This document shows positions 38,747-48,490 of a stretch of DNA of 64,000 bases, in pieces. The notes beneath the pieces were generated by a model. The model saw only the letters and a list, made by a program, of their open reading frames with translations. It had not been told where the DNA came from and ran no database searches. Each line of letters starts with the position of its first letter. Within the stretch, counting starts at the first letter, position 1. This DNA is from a virus (taxonomy: Duplodnaviria > Caudoviricetes). A program made the translations under genes and the position numbers. The DNA lies in the IMG/VR virus record IMGVR_UViG_3300028591_000020, positions 1 to 64,000 of that record; one strand, written 5' to 3'.

Positions 38747-39313
38747 ATGGACGTAACAGTATCATCAAAGACTAACAAGCTCGCTCGCTCATTGGGCCTT
38801 ACTCCTGAGCAGATGGCTTTCGCTGACCTCATAACGCAAGGATGGCCAGAGGAAGATGCGTATGCCGTTGCTATCCGTACTGGCATGGCAACATGGAACC
38901 GTGCAGCTATCAAGGATGAAGTGGCAAAGATTCTTTCTTCTACTGCCGTACAGAAGCGTATCGCTGCCAACAAAGAGGTGCTTCGCGAGTCGCAGGTGAA
39001 GAAGATTCAGAAGGATATGAAGGATAATGCCAATGACCTTCTGGAACTCGCTACAAATAAGGAGAAAAAGCTGATAGAACTGCAGACCATCCTCAAGACG
39101 CTCAAGCCCGGCTCGACGGAATATAACAAGGTCAATGACCAGATTATCAATATCTCTCGCATGAAGCAGAACGAGGTGAAGACGGATGACAAGACCATCC
39201 ACTACTACCTGCCCGTCTCATATCCTACTGGCTGTCACGACTGCCTGTATTCTCGATGCAACGAATGTCGGTATAAGCGAGAATGCGAAGAAAGAAAGAA
39301 AACCGAGGAATAA
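38747..39313 (+). CDS. putative terminase small subunit
   Basis: LTPEQMAFADLI...AYAVAIRTG HTH pattern, coiled coil, C-terminal Cys cluster. Confidence 0.55.
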   Translation: MDVTVSSKTNKLARSLGLTPEQMAFADLITQGWPEEDAYAVAIRTGMATWNRAAIKDEVAKILSSTAVQKRIAANKEVLRESQVKKIQKDMKDNANDLLELATNKEKKLIELQTILKTLKPGSTEYNKVNDQIINISRMKQNEVKTDDKTIHYYLPVSYPTGCHDCLYSRCNECRYKRECEERKKTEE

Positions 39314-39373
39314 CAACACTTCTTATAAAGCCAACGTTAAAACTTTTGATTTTTGTATCATACGAAGAGAGAG

Positions 39374-39405
39374 AAGGGGAGCCACTTGTGAAAGCAGCTC
39401 CCCTT
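39374..39405. terminator. bidirectional terminator between convergent units
   Basis: AAGGGGAGC...GCTCCCCTT inverted repeat. Confidence 0.65.
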
Positions 39406-39433
39406 TGTTGTGTCTATTGCCGTGTTACGACGA

Positions 39434-39655
39434 TCATTCGTCAAAATGCTCACAAGCTCTGTCGCTAAGTAGTACACAAAACTTTCCGTCTTTATACCAA
39501 GGGCATCTTCCCATGGTGGGCTTGCGTCCGTGAACACTCAGCGTATGGTGTGAGGTCTCTGGAGTGCAGTTCTTACATTCGCCACACTTCCTACCTACCC
39601 ATTTCTTGGGTTGTTCGGGTTTTGGTTGCGGATTGGGCCTCCTGTAAACTGCCAT
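39434..39655 (-). CDS. small Cys-rich protein
   Basis: CGECKNC...C...C...C pattern. Confidence 0.65.
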   Translation of the reverse strand: MAVYRRPNPQPKPEQPKKWVGRKCGECKNCTPETSHHTLSVHGRKPTMGRCPWYKDGKFCVLLSDRACEHFDE

Positions 39656-39656
39656 A

Positions 39657-40130
39657 CTATAAGCCTACCTCTATCTTACGACCATACTCTGCCAAGAGCA
39701 AGGCATCACAGATGGCAAGCGTCACACGCTCCTTGGGGAATAACTGTTGCGCCTTGGCTTTCAGCTTATTCTTCCACTCTGTCTTAGAAGCAGCTGATGA
39801 CTTGCCAAGCTGGTAGGACTTCTCCCACTTGTTGGGTGTGACATCATTCGTCTTGATACCCAAAGCAAGAAGGGCCATTTCAAGATGGCCGCAATGACGG
39901 GCAAAGGTAGCGGTAGCCTTGGAACTCTGACCAGGCATACCAGTACCAACCTTCTCGAGATAGCATACACCGTCATTGCTGAACAGGGTAGAACTGGAGT
40001 ACTTTCTCAGACACTCCAAAATGTCTTGTGGGGTGCCGGGCATCTTACGGACATCAATGACGTTTCCGTCAATATCCAGCACGGCAATACCACCGTTGGC
40101 TCCTGGGTCTATTCCTATAATATACTTCAT
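39657..40130 (-). CDS. RuvC-like Holliday junction resolvase
   Basis: IIGIDPGANGGIA, YLEKV, DALLLAEYG. Confidence 0.85.
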   Translation of the reverse strand: MKYIIGIDPGANGGIAVLDIDGNVIDVRKMPGTPQDILECLRKYSSSTLFSNDGVCYLEKVGTGMPGQSSKATATFARHCGHLEMALLALGIKTNDVTPNKWEKSYQLGKSSAASKTEWKNKLKAKAQQLFPKERVTLAICDALLLAEYGRKIEVGL

Positions 40131-40327
40131 AACAACTTCTTTCTTAAGTCCTTGATATGTTCGGTAATCGTAGTCAGACGGTCAGTAATCAAACCGTCGT
40201 TACACACAGGGATATAGTTTGGAATCTCTACCTTCGGATTCTCAATGGCACAGCAGAGCTGATCCAAATAATCTGTGACTCTGGTGTGGTCCTCGATAAT
40301 CTCTATATAGCCTTTATTTTTGTCCAT
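40127..40327 (-). CDS. hypothetical protein
   Basis: coupled ORF in operon. Confidence 0.6.
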   Translation of the reverse strand: MDKNKGYIEIIEDHTRVTDYLDQLCCAIENPKVEIPNYIPVCNDGLITDRLTTITEHIKDLRKKLL

Positions 40328-40877
40328 CCTCTACCTCCTTTGCCATTTCAACAAGTTTCGCCTTGGCTTCTTCATCAGCCTTTACCTCTTCGAGAATCTT
40401 GTCATCCTCTGCCTTCTCTTCGGCAGTCTCAGCAGTACCAGCAAATGCTTTCTGACGCTCAATGAGGGCTTTCAGGGCATTGGCCTTATCCTCGTAATAC
40501 TTCTGGTCGCCAGTGGTACACACGTCAGTCATCCACATGCCAAAGACATGCAGAATATCGGCAAGGCTGTTCTGTGCCAGCGTCTCACCCTTCTCATGAG
40601 CCTCTAAGGCTACAGGGATGCAATAGTCAAGCCAACGGAATACCTGTGTGTTGAAGCAGAACGTCAGCGAGAAGATACCGCTGATGGCCTCCACCTTGAT
40701 ATAAGGTATTCCTGCACGGCTGAACTGCTTCTTGATTTTGTCAGGCACGTTCTCGTCAGCACGCAAGCCTTTGAGCTGGCTCTTACTGAGGGCTTTCGTG
40801 AACTTGAGAACCTTATAGTTCCCGATTCTTACTTCCTTGCCAAACGGCAGGGCTGGTCTTTCTTTCTTCTCTTCCAT
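40314..40877 (-). CDS. hypothetical protein
   Basis: 187-aa ORF in operon. Confidence 0.7.
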   Translation of the reverse strand: MEEKKERPALPFGKEVRIGNYKVLKFTKALSKSQLKGLRADENVPDKIKKQFSRAGIPYIKVEAISGIFSLTFCFNTQVFRWLDYCIPVALEAHEKGETLAQNSLADILHVFGMWMTDVCTTGDQKYYEDKANALKALIERQKAFAGTAETAEEKAEDDKILEEVKADEEAKAKLVEMAKEVEDGQK

Positions 40878-40878
40878 G

Positions 40879-42402
40879 TTAATCGTCTTCTTTTATGAAT
40901 GTTCCTTTTTCTTCTACGTAATCTACTTGAAGGTTGGCATCGTTGATGACAAACTTCTCTTTCAGACGCTCAGCATTACAGCCATAGACAATATAGCTGT
41001 TGCCTTCCTGTGAGCGTTTCTTGCCAAAGCCAAGCTTACTCATGGTATGCCCGAACTTCTGACCAGTAACAGGCTCCACATCGTTATCCTTGCAGAACTG
41101 ATTGAGGCTTTCAATCATTTCCGATGAAGGAATAAGGGTGTACTCTTCATGTACTGCATGGGCCTCTTTGCGCATCTGATAGCTGTTGACCCAAGCCAAC
41201 ACAGGATTCATCTGCAGCTGTGCCAACAATATCTGCCTACGGTTGCCCTCACTCGATGGGAATACGAACTTCCTACGTTTCAACTCTCTGCTGCCTCGCA
41301 ATATCCAGTTGAAGATGCCGGGGTACTCTGCAACTAACTCACGGCTCAAAGCAGGATTCTGCTTTTCCTTCGGAATGGTAATCTCGAAGCTGATGAACTG
41401 CAAGCGTCTGATAAAGCCAAGGCTTTGGTCATCGGAATATGGCAACTCATTGAGGTTGAAGATAAGGAAAGGGATATTGTAGTTCTCACGAACGTCCTCA
41501 CCAAGCTTCCTGTCCGTAACACTCTCACCAGACACGATGCGCTTGAATACTCCAGTGCGCTTTCTTCCAAAGGTACGCTGGTCTGAGTCTGATGACCAGT
41601 TGAAGATGGCATCACGCAACAGCCTACGCGCACGCATACCTTCATCACCTGTCGCAGTAAGATCGTCGTAGTCGAGTCCACTGATACGCTCCTTGCCAAA
41701 GATACCTATCGCAGTATCGTAGATGGTGCTCTTGCCGTTGGCTCCTGCACCAAGGAGTATCAGGCACAACTCTATCTTTGCGGCATTCTTGCCCTCGTAG
41801 GGATTGTACACCGTACCACGCTCCATCAGCCCAAGGCCCAAAAACATCTGTAGTATCAGGCGGCTGTTCTTATCGGGCAACACCTCATGCAAGAAGTTGT
41901 TCCACTTATTACACTTGGCATTCTCCTTATATTCGTAAGGGTGGTAGTATGTCACATGATACTCAGGACTGAAAGGAAACAGCCTGTACTCACGCAAATC
42001 CAACACACCATTCTTGAAAGCTATCAGGTCCGGTCTTGGGATAAGCTGGTTGTAATAGCGGATGATGTCGATGAAGTATTTCTTGCAGACGGTCTTCTCA
42101 CCAATCATCGGAACTATCCTCAAATGCTCCAAAAGAAGGTCGTAGGCAGTCACTATCAGTTCTTCGCGGATGGTGACATATATCTTGCCGTCAAAGAGGT
42201 AGAAGCTGCCATCGTAATACTTGATAGCGGCTTCCTTGGCCATATTCCTTATCTTCTCTATGAAGTCCAGCTTCTTCTCTTGGTAGGCCTCGGAAGTCCT
42301 GTAGCCCCAGCGGCCCTTGAACTTCTCGAAGTTATAGTCACCACCGGAGCACAGTTGCAAGAGACTGGCAAAAATCTGATTGATAACTGTACTGTCTGTC
42401 AT
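40879..42402 (-). CDS. P4/D5-family SF3 helicase (primase-helicase C-terminal part)
   Basis: IAFKNGVLDL (D5-N), Walker A GAGANGKST, IFNLNELP, GFIRRLQFISF, C-terminal winged helix. Confidence 0.9.
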   Translation of the reverse strand: MTDSTVINQIFASLLQLCSGGDYNFEKFKGRWGYRTSEAYQEKKLDFIEKIRNMAKEAAIKYYDGSFYLFDGKIYVTIREELIVTAYDLLLEHLRIVPMIGEKTVCKKYFIDIIRYYNQLIPRPDLIAFKNGVLDLREYRLFPFSPEYHVTYYHPYEYKENAKCNKWNNFLHEVLPDKNSRLILQMFLGLGLMERGTVYNPYEGKNAAKIELCLILLGAGANGKSTIYDTAIGIFGKERISGLDYDDLTATGDEGMRARRLLRDAIFNWSSDSDQRTFGRKRTGVFKRIVSGESVTDRKLGEDVRENYNIPFLIFNLNELPYSDDQSLGFIRRLQFISFEITIPKEKQNPALSRELVAEYPGIFNWILRGSRELKRRKFVFPSSEGNRRQILLAQLQMNPVLAWVNSYQMRKEAHAVHEEYTLIPSSEMIESLNQFCKDNDVEPVTGQKFGHTMSKLGFGKKRSQEGNSYIVYGCNAERLKEKFVINDANLQVDYVEEKGTFIKEDD

Positions 42403-42409
42403 CGGGATA

Positions 42410-43126
42410 TTATTTCAGATTAAACAGTCGGGCAAAGATGTTACGGTTCAACAGGTAGTCGATATATTCCTTACCCTCTTTGTCGGACTGAGCCAACTCA
42501 CTGACACGGCCTTTCTGCAGAGTCAACTCGGCTTCCATGAGCTTGTTTGACTGCTCAAGGGTGGTATTCTTCGACTTCAACTTATCGTTATCCTCCTGGA
42601 GAATAGCCAAATCCTTGGCCATCTTCTCATTGCAGCCCTTAACCTCGTCCAGATGGTCTTTCAGCTCCGATTTCTCCTTGCAGTGGGTGATGATAATCTC
42701 GTCAAGCAACTTCACCTTCTCTTCCAGTAAGCGAATCTGACAGAGAGTAGGACGGACACGCTTCTTCAATACCTTGAATGGACGGGGACCTTTGCGCGTA
42801 CCATTGACCTGATAGTTCTCGGTGTCTGACGGGTCGTAGTCCTCACCAGCCTTGACGATGCACTTCTTGGCATCATACACAAGACCGTTGGCTTCAAGCA
42901 CCTGAAAGAAACGCTTCATCTCACGATCAGAGGCGTGACGCGCATAGCGCATATCCGTTCCGGCAGGAGCATCGGACGTACAATAAGGAGGAACGGCATC
43001 GTAGAACACTCCCTCGGCACCATCACCAGCCTTGCCGCAACCTGTTTCACCTACTAAGATACGGACATTTCCGAATCCACTGACAATCACATCACCTTTC
43101 TTGAAAATTCTGTCTTTCGCAATCAT
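42410..43126 (-). CDS. hypothetical coiled-coil protein
   Basis: 238-aa ORF. Confidence 0.7.
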   Translation of the reverse strand: MIAKDRIFKKGDVIVSGFGNVRILVGETGCGKAGDGAEGVFYDAVPPYCTSDAPAGTDMRYARHASDREMKRFFQVLEANGLVYDAKKCIVKAGEDYDPSDTENYQVNGTRKGPRPFKVLKKRVRPTLCQIRLLEEKVKLLDEIIITHCKEKSELKDHLDEVKGCNEKMAKDLAILQEDNDKLKSKNTTLEQSNKLMEAELTLQKGRVSELAQSDKEGKEYIDYLLNRNIFARLFNLK

Positions 43127-43446
43127 GATTTTGAAATTTTTGATTTATAGTTTCTTCTGGCATTTTTTGAATTGATGTCCTCTACAATTCTATAACCGCA
43201 AACCTTGCCACATAAAGATGCCTGAAAAACACCCTCATGGACGTAACCATCTTCTAAGTGAGGTTCTATAAACAACCTTCTGAACACGCTATCTCCATGT
43301 GGAGCAACGAATATAAGTGCACTCGGATCGCTATTAAACAAAGATGCAAGCTCCTGTTCACTCATGTTGCGCATGTCGGTTATCTTAGACGGACTTGTAT
43401 AAAACTCTGTAGTACAATAGATTGTTATCATAACTCCGCATTCCAA
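43123..43446 (-). CDS. hypothetical protein
   Basis: coupled ORF. Confidence 0.6.
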   Translation of the reverse strand: MECGVMITIYCTTEFYTSPSKITDMRNMSEQELASLFNSDPSALIFVAPHGDSVFRRLFIEPHLEDGYVHEGVFQASLCGKVCGYRIVEDINSKNARRNYKSKISKS

Positions 43447-43652
43447 ATCATGTTCATCACTTCCTCGTAACTCTCCACAACACTAAGGCAGTGGCCACTA
43501 TAGTTTATATCGGTATGAGCTGGCTTCACAGCACCATACTCTCCCTTCTCTTCCTTATAGGACTCTACGGAATCTATACACTCGGACCGAATAGCACAAA
43601 TGCAGCCGTCAACCAACGCATGGACTTCTATGAAATCTTTACTGCTTGCCAT
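43428..43652 (-). CDS. hypothetical protein
   Basis: coupled ORF. Confidence 0.6.
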   Translation of the reverse strand: MASSKDFIEVHALVDGCICAIRSECIDSVESYKEEKGEYGAVKPAHTDINYSGHCLSVVESYEEVMNMIWNAEL

Positions 43653-43914
43653 CGTCCTCGGTATTTAAAGATATAGTTTCGTTCGGGATGATGTCAGACT
43701 TGTTGCAGGTAAGCAACACTGGCTGCAAAGCCTGCCCGAAAGTCATCACTCCCAACCAAACCTTTCCTTCCTTCATCACCTGCTGCTTCTCTTCGTCCGT
43801 CAACTCCCAACAGGAAACAACAACATCACCATTAACCATAGCAGGTAAAGGCTGGTACTCCGGCTGATTGGCACCAAACGTAGCGTTCGCTTCGGCAAAC
43901 TTGACTGGCTTCAT
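43639..43914 (-). CDS. conserved phage hypothetical protein
   Basis: NQPEYQPLPA...VVSCWELT..E...G.VWL pattern. Confidence 0.7.
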   Translation of the reverse strand: MKPVKFAEANATFGANQPEYQPLPAMVNGDVVVSCWELTDEEKQQVMKEGKVWLGVMTFGQALQPVLLTCNKSDIIPNETISLNTEDDGKQ

Positions 43915-44570
43915 TCTGTACCTCCCTTCAATAACTCAATGGCACGCTCCAAAGCCTCGTCAACTACACTGTCACGAAGACAGCGCTCGAACTTGCGGCC
44001 CTTCTTCACCTTCTCACGCTCAGCACGATAAGACTCCAGCAACTTGACACAGCGAGACTTCGACATCTTCTTGTCTTCATCTTTCTTCTCAGGAATCTTA
44101 GAGTAATAATGACACAAGTCAATACCAAGGACATAACGGGAATGATTCACAGCCTTACGTATAGATGCCATCTGGTCAGAAAGCTCCTTAGCGGTTTCCT
44201 CAGTGATACCCTTAAGTGGGGTAGGATTCAGAAAACCATTCAACCAACCGTAAGGATCAGGATTGTCAGTACGCAGAATCTTCGTCCTGAACTCTTCGGC
44301 CTTCTTCACCATGTCATCAATGACCTTGCTCGCGTACTCAGAGGTGGTCATTATCTGACTCTCCTTAACCATAACGTTAATAACCAAGTCTTTGACAGGC
44401 ATCTTAACGTCAACATAATACTTCGTTTCCTCTGGACCACAGTCAACGCTGCCAGTAACCTTGCCTGACAAATACTCTGTCTTCAACTTCACCGATAATG
44501 AAGGAATAGCAGAGACGTTTATCTCAGCTTCACGGAAACGTACTAATTCACCAATGCGGTACTTACCCAT
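43911..44570 (-). CDS. hypothetical protein (first gene of leftward operon)
   Basis: ORF track 43911-44594; MGKYRIG start preferred. Confidence 0.65.
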   Translation of the reverse strand: MGKYRIGELVRFREAEINVSAIPSLSVKLKTEYLSGKVTGSVDCGPEETKYYVDVKMPVKDLVINVMVKESQIMTTSEYASKVIDDMVKKAEEFRTKILRTDNPDPYGWLNGFLNPTPLKGITEETAKELSDQMASIRKAVNHSRYVLGIDLCHYYSKIPEKKDEDKKMSKSRCVKLLESYRAEREKVKKGRKFERCLRDSVVDEALERAIELLKGGTE

Positions 44571-44692
44571 CACATGGCAAATACAGAACAACAAGATAAC
44601 CGATTATGAACGATAAGGACGATTTGAAGGATTTTGCCCGGAACTAAGCCCCTCGCTCTATAATACCTATCTTAAGATAACAGAACCCGATG

Positions 44693-44735
44693 CAAAGATA
44701 CACAAAATCATTCATATCATACATATTTATGCAAA
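44693..44735 (-). promoter_or_regulatory. leftward promoter of the helicase operon
   Basis: -7 box TATCTTTG at 44700-44693. Confidence 0.55.
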
Positions 44736-44859
44736 AATACCCGTAAATATTAAGAATTTTTAATGAACGATAATATATGACACCATATTTTACCCTCATT
44801 TTTATGAACGAAATCGTGACATCATCAAAAATGTCAAAATTTCGGTATCGTACATACAC

Positions 44860-45530
44860 GGAATTGTTAAAAAGCTCCGAAAAAATCGGGAAAAAATATT
44901 TTTGAGGTGACAGGGGCGCAAATCTCGTGCCAAAATAGGGGGTGTAGGGGTATTAAAGACTCTTTAACATTATATCTTAATATTCATTAAAATTAAGTGT
45001 CCCGTCCTTTTATTAGGCTTATTTAACACTATTTCCGATATTATACCTAATAATATAGGATATTCTCTTAACACTTTTTAACTTAATATATTTGGTTTAA
45101 CATATTTTTGCATTTCGCGCCACCTTGTCACTTTGAAAAATCTTGACGTCATTTTGTCAGTACACCTTTTCTTGACAATATTTTTGCATACCTATTCATT
45201 ACAATATTGCATATATATTCATACGCTCGTAACTTACTATATATCAATAACTTACACGCTTTCACGCTTTTCTGAAATCTTGACAAAGTTACGCAACGAA
45301 GTAAAGTATTTTTACACGAAATCCGGCTATCATATTATAGTATATTAACACTATTAACAAGTCCAGGCTATTTGTTAACATTTAGATCTGTTCGAGCCGG
45401 ATTTGTAAACACTATTTAAGTAATATATTAAAACATTTAACAAATACGTGACTGTGTGCGGCTACATGTTAAAACGTAACTTATTGAATATCAGTACATT
45501 ACGCACTCTATTTTGTAAAGAAAAAATACT
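44860..45530. other. long AT-rich non-coding region (candidate origin or packaging site)
   Basis: no credible ORF; A/T tracts, G-rich patch at 44937-44950, several WATCARN4TTR matches. Confidence 0.5.
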
Positions 45531-45562
45531 ATTGCATATATCGTTTTTTTTCACTATCTTTG
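45531..45562 (+). promoter_or_regulatory. rightward early promoter
   Basis: ATTG-N20-TATCTTTG, canonical Bacteroidetes -33/-7 spacing. Confidence 0.7.
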
Positions 45563-45652
45563 TAATACAAAAGATGAATATTTATTATTAACCAAAGGAG
45601 CGGAGCGCTTGGGGCTCGCCTGCAAAGCAGGAACACGGAGCGCACGGAGATT

Positions 45653-46162
45653 ATGACTAAAAAGTCAGAGAACATTCTCGAGAATGTAGAGAGCGTAAAG
45701 AACGCAGTAGAGAGCGGAAACGAGCTCACGCAGTCCGAAATCCTCAACGCCTATTTGGCAAATCATGCGGTCGAACACTATTGCGCTGCACTGAACGAGA
45801 ACGAAGACGAAGTTAACGAAGTACTTGCAGCCTGCAAGAAGGAAGAAGGAATTTATTGGTTGTTCACTCAGCCCGCAATCGACGGCAAGAAAGCCGACGG
45901 CACACCACTACCAACGCGCGAAGAGTGGGAGCGACTGAACACTGAGGCCGTGAGAGTTGACAACTTGGCAGGAAAGCAGTGGTATAAACGCCCCTTTGTT
46001 ATCGGTGACGCTCGCGGTGTAAAGTCAGTCGTTAACGCTTACGACCGCTACCAGTCCGCAATTGACGGAGCCGCCAAGAAGGTAGATAATACTTTGGCCG
46101 CTGCTGCTGCAATTCTCGGCGTATCGGTTGAGGAATTGAAAGCCCTCAAAGGTATTAAGTAA
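45653..46162 (+). CDS. first early gene, hypothetical
   Basis: 169-aa ORF behind promoter and followed by terminator. Confidence 0.8.
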   Translation: MTKKSENILENVESVKNAVESGNELTQSEILNAYLANHAVEHYCAALNENEDEVNEVLAACKKEEGIYWLFTQPAIDGKKADGTPLPTREEWERLNTEAVRVDNLAGKQWYKRPFVIGDARGVKSVVNAYDRYQSAIDGAAKKVDNTLAAAAAILGVSVEELKALKGIK

Positions 46163-46187
46163 GAGAGCACACCACACCACGAAAGAA

Positions 46188-46220
46188 GGGACCGGAAGAA
46201 ATTCCGGCCCTATCTTTTTT
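46188..46220 (+). terminator. intrinsic terminator
   Basis: GGGACCGGAA-GAAA-TTCCGGCCC followed by TATCTTTTTT. Confidence 0.75.
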
Positions 46221-46352
46221 CATCCCAAAACTTTCCGGTAATGCAGCCAGGGGATCTGATTCCCTGATGGTCACAAGCCCACAAATGCAGAGTGACGGAG
46301 AAACGGGCGAGCCGACTGAACAGCCCGAACGAACGAATTGAACGAACGATTT

Positions 46353-46655
46353 ATGAAAACGAACGAACAAACGATGCAGCCGAGCGATCTGGTTGTCATC
46401 AGCACGGAAACGTTCAAGGATAGAAAGATTGAGGTTTTCCCCGATTTCTTTGTCTACGATTCCAGGACGAGAGCAGAACTCACAAATGCAGGCAGGATTT
46501 ATCTCCGCGCATTATGTGATGACTACATGAACGAGAAAGTAACTGTTGAGGAATTGCTCTGCAATCTCGACACGATTTCCAAGGAATTTCCTTGTGACTC
46601 TGACTTGGTTTATGACAAGATGTTCTTTGAGTTGACCAAAATGATGGAGAGTTAA
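46353..46655 (+). CDS. hypothetical protein
   Basis: ORF track 46338-46655; ATG 46353. Confidence 0.6.
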   Translation: MKTNEQTMQPSDLVVISTETFKDRKIEVFPDFFVYDSRTRAELTNAGRIYLRALCDDYMNEKVTVEELLCNLDTISKEFPCDSDLVYDKMFFELTKMMES

Positions 46656-46658
46656 ATC

Positions 46659-47018
46659 ATGTACGAACGAGAATATAAGGGGAACGAGGTTGTTAGACAG
46701 CTTCGTTTCCATCAGGGAAAGAGAAACGAGTACGAGCGACGCGGACTTTGTGACGCTATAGAGATAAAGATTCCCTACGCTCCGCATTTGATAGAGTTCC
46801 CGAACGAGATAACAGTACGAACGGAGCACGACGGAGAGATTTTCCGTGCCAAGTATCTGCGAACGAGCACACATTTCCCGGGCATTGTTCCGGAGCTGGT
46901 GAACGATAGCGGAGACTACATGCTGATAACGTGGTTAACGTATGGTTCCCTGCTGAGATTGCTCAAGGAAGTACGACAGGGCAAGGATATTAGGAATTTC
47001 GATTTCTTCATATCATAA
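46659..47018 (+). CDS. hypothetical protein
   Basis: 119-aa ORF. Confidence 0.6.
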   Translation: MYEREYKGNEVVRQLRFHQGKRNEYERRGLCDAIEIKIPYAPHLIEFPNEITVRTEHDGEIFRAKYLRTSTHFPGIVPELVNDSGDYMLITWLTYGSLLRLLKEVRQGKDIRNFDFFIS

Positions 47019-47891
47019 CACAGAGCACATGCAGTACGATTGTGCTGCATGTAATGTGGCCATCCTTCGGGGTGAGAGTTGCAAGCCTCTAACACATAGC
47101 ACGGGCAAGGGCCTGTATAAAGACATATCTGCGGAAACCTCCTGAGAACGGAGTACGACATGGATTCGTTGCACGATGAAATGTTGTTGGATATGACACT
47201 GATGCAGGAAAATGCGGAGAGCGTTCCTCATTTCAGCAGTACGCCTGCTGAACGAGTACGACGAACGAATAGAGCCGCTGCCTGAGCGAACAACGCGACA
47301 CCCACGCAGTAGGGAGAAGTCGGGAGTAGGATTTATTCTGCTTTACGTTGAACCTGCTGAAATGGTCGAATAACGAGTAGGCCCTGGGCGATCAGATAAA
47401 AATCATATTCATTATTACGATTGATTCTCGCAGTTGATTGCGAGTACGATATAGAGTTGGCTACCTATCTCGAGTACGACTGTAGAAATGCAGTACGAAT
47501 TATCAGAGGATAATTCGTGGTGGTTCCCGTCGAAAGGTACGATAACACATTTAATCACTTTAGGATGAATCGGGCCGTGTGCTCATGGAGTACGATAGCC
47601 CCACCGCCACAGACGAATTAGATGTTTGTCTGGACGGCAGGGGAAATCTTGCTGCAGAGTACGATGAACGGCTGCAATGAAAGATATTACGAGGTGCGAG
47701 ACCTCAGCATAAAGAATGGCCTGACAGATGACCAAATCTGTCATTATCCCTCGGTTGGGGCAACGACGGCCTGCATTGTCAGGAAAGTCCCAGGTGAACG
47801 AAAGACGATAATGAACGAAGAGGGAGAGACTACGGGAGAGAGTGGAATTACCTCCGCTCTCTCTTACTATTTAACCAATAAAAGTACGATT

Positions 47892-48089
47892 ATGAAGAAA
47901 TTCCTGCAAATCTCGAGAACTATCTTGAGTCTGAGTATTATTACTCTGATTAGTATTGCCATCTGTGCAGTTGTATCGCTGCTTGTCCTGTACGTTTTCG
48001 GCATCAACGATGATACTATCAGATGGTGTGCCAGCATCATGCTTTTCGGCACCATCCTCGTTGCTCTTCTTTTGGGAGCATTCGATTAA
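47892..48089 (+). CDS. small two-TM membrane protein
   Basis: MKKFLQ start after hairpin and A-rich leader; two hydrophobic helices. Confidence 0.65.
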   Translation: MKKFLQISRTILSLSIITLISIAICAVVSLLVLYVFGINDDTIRWCASIMLFGTILVALLLGAFD

Positions 48090-48160
48090 CAAAGTCTCAT
48101 TGATTTTTGTGGCAAAAAGCTGCAAAAATCGCTCATGTTTCACCAAATATAATGAACGAT

Positions 48161-48439
48161 ATGGATAAGTTAAAGAAATTGCAGATGGTAGCCAAAGTTC
48201 TGAGAGATCACCACGGCTACAAAGGTAACAAAGAGTCAGACCATTCCATCAGGTTTAACTTCAAGTTTGACAAGAAGGGCAACATTTGTGGGCCGTACAT
48301 AGACATCTATAATGCCGAGAAGGGTGCAAATCTCTTCGTGTGGCCAGAGTTTATCGAGCTGTGTCATGGCTTGGGTCTGAGCCATTACATTACCTATGAC
48401 AAATATGACCTCAAAGAGGTGGTGCTACACATCTACTAA
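48161..48439 (+). CDS. hypothetical protein
   Basis: bounded by AGTCT-hairpin elements. Confidence 0.7.
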   Translation: MDKLKKLQMVAKVLRDHHGYKGNKESDHSIRFNFKFDKKGNICGPYIDIYNAEKGANLFVWPEFIELCHGLGLSHYITYDKYDLKEVVLHIY

Positions 48440-48490
48440 GTCTCACGGCTCCATCAGGAGCCACTATTATTCACCAAATAACGAACGAGT

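Noticed and set aside
44644-44859. 71-aa minus-strand ORF, and 45133-45348 on the + strand
   Set aside because: Low-complexity AT-rich promoter DNA with atypical composition.
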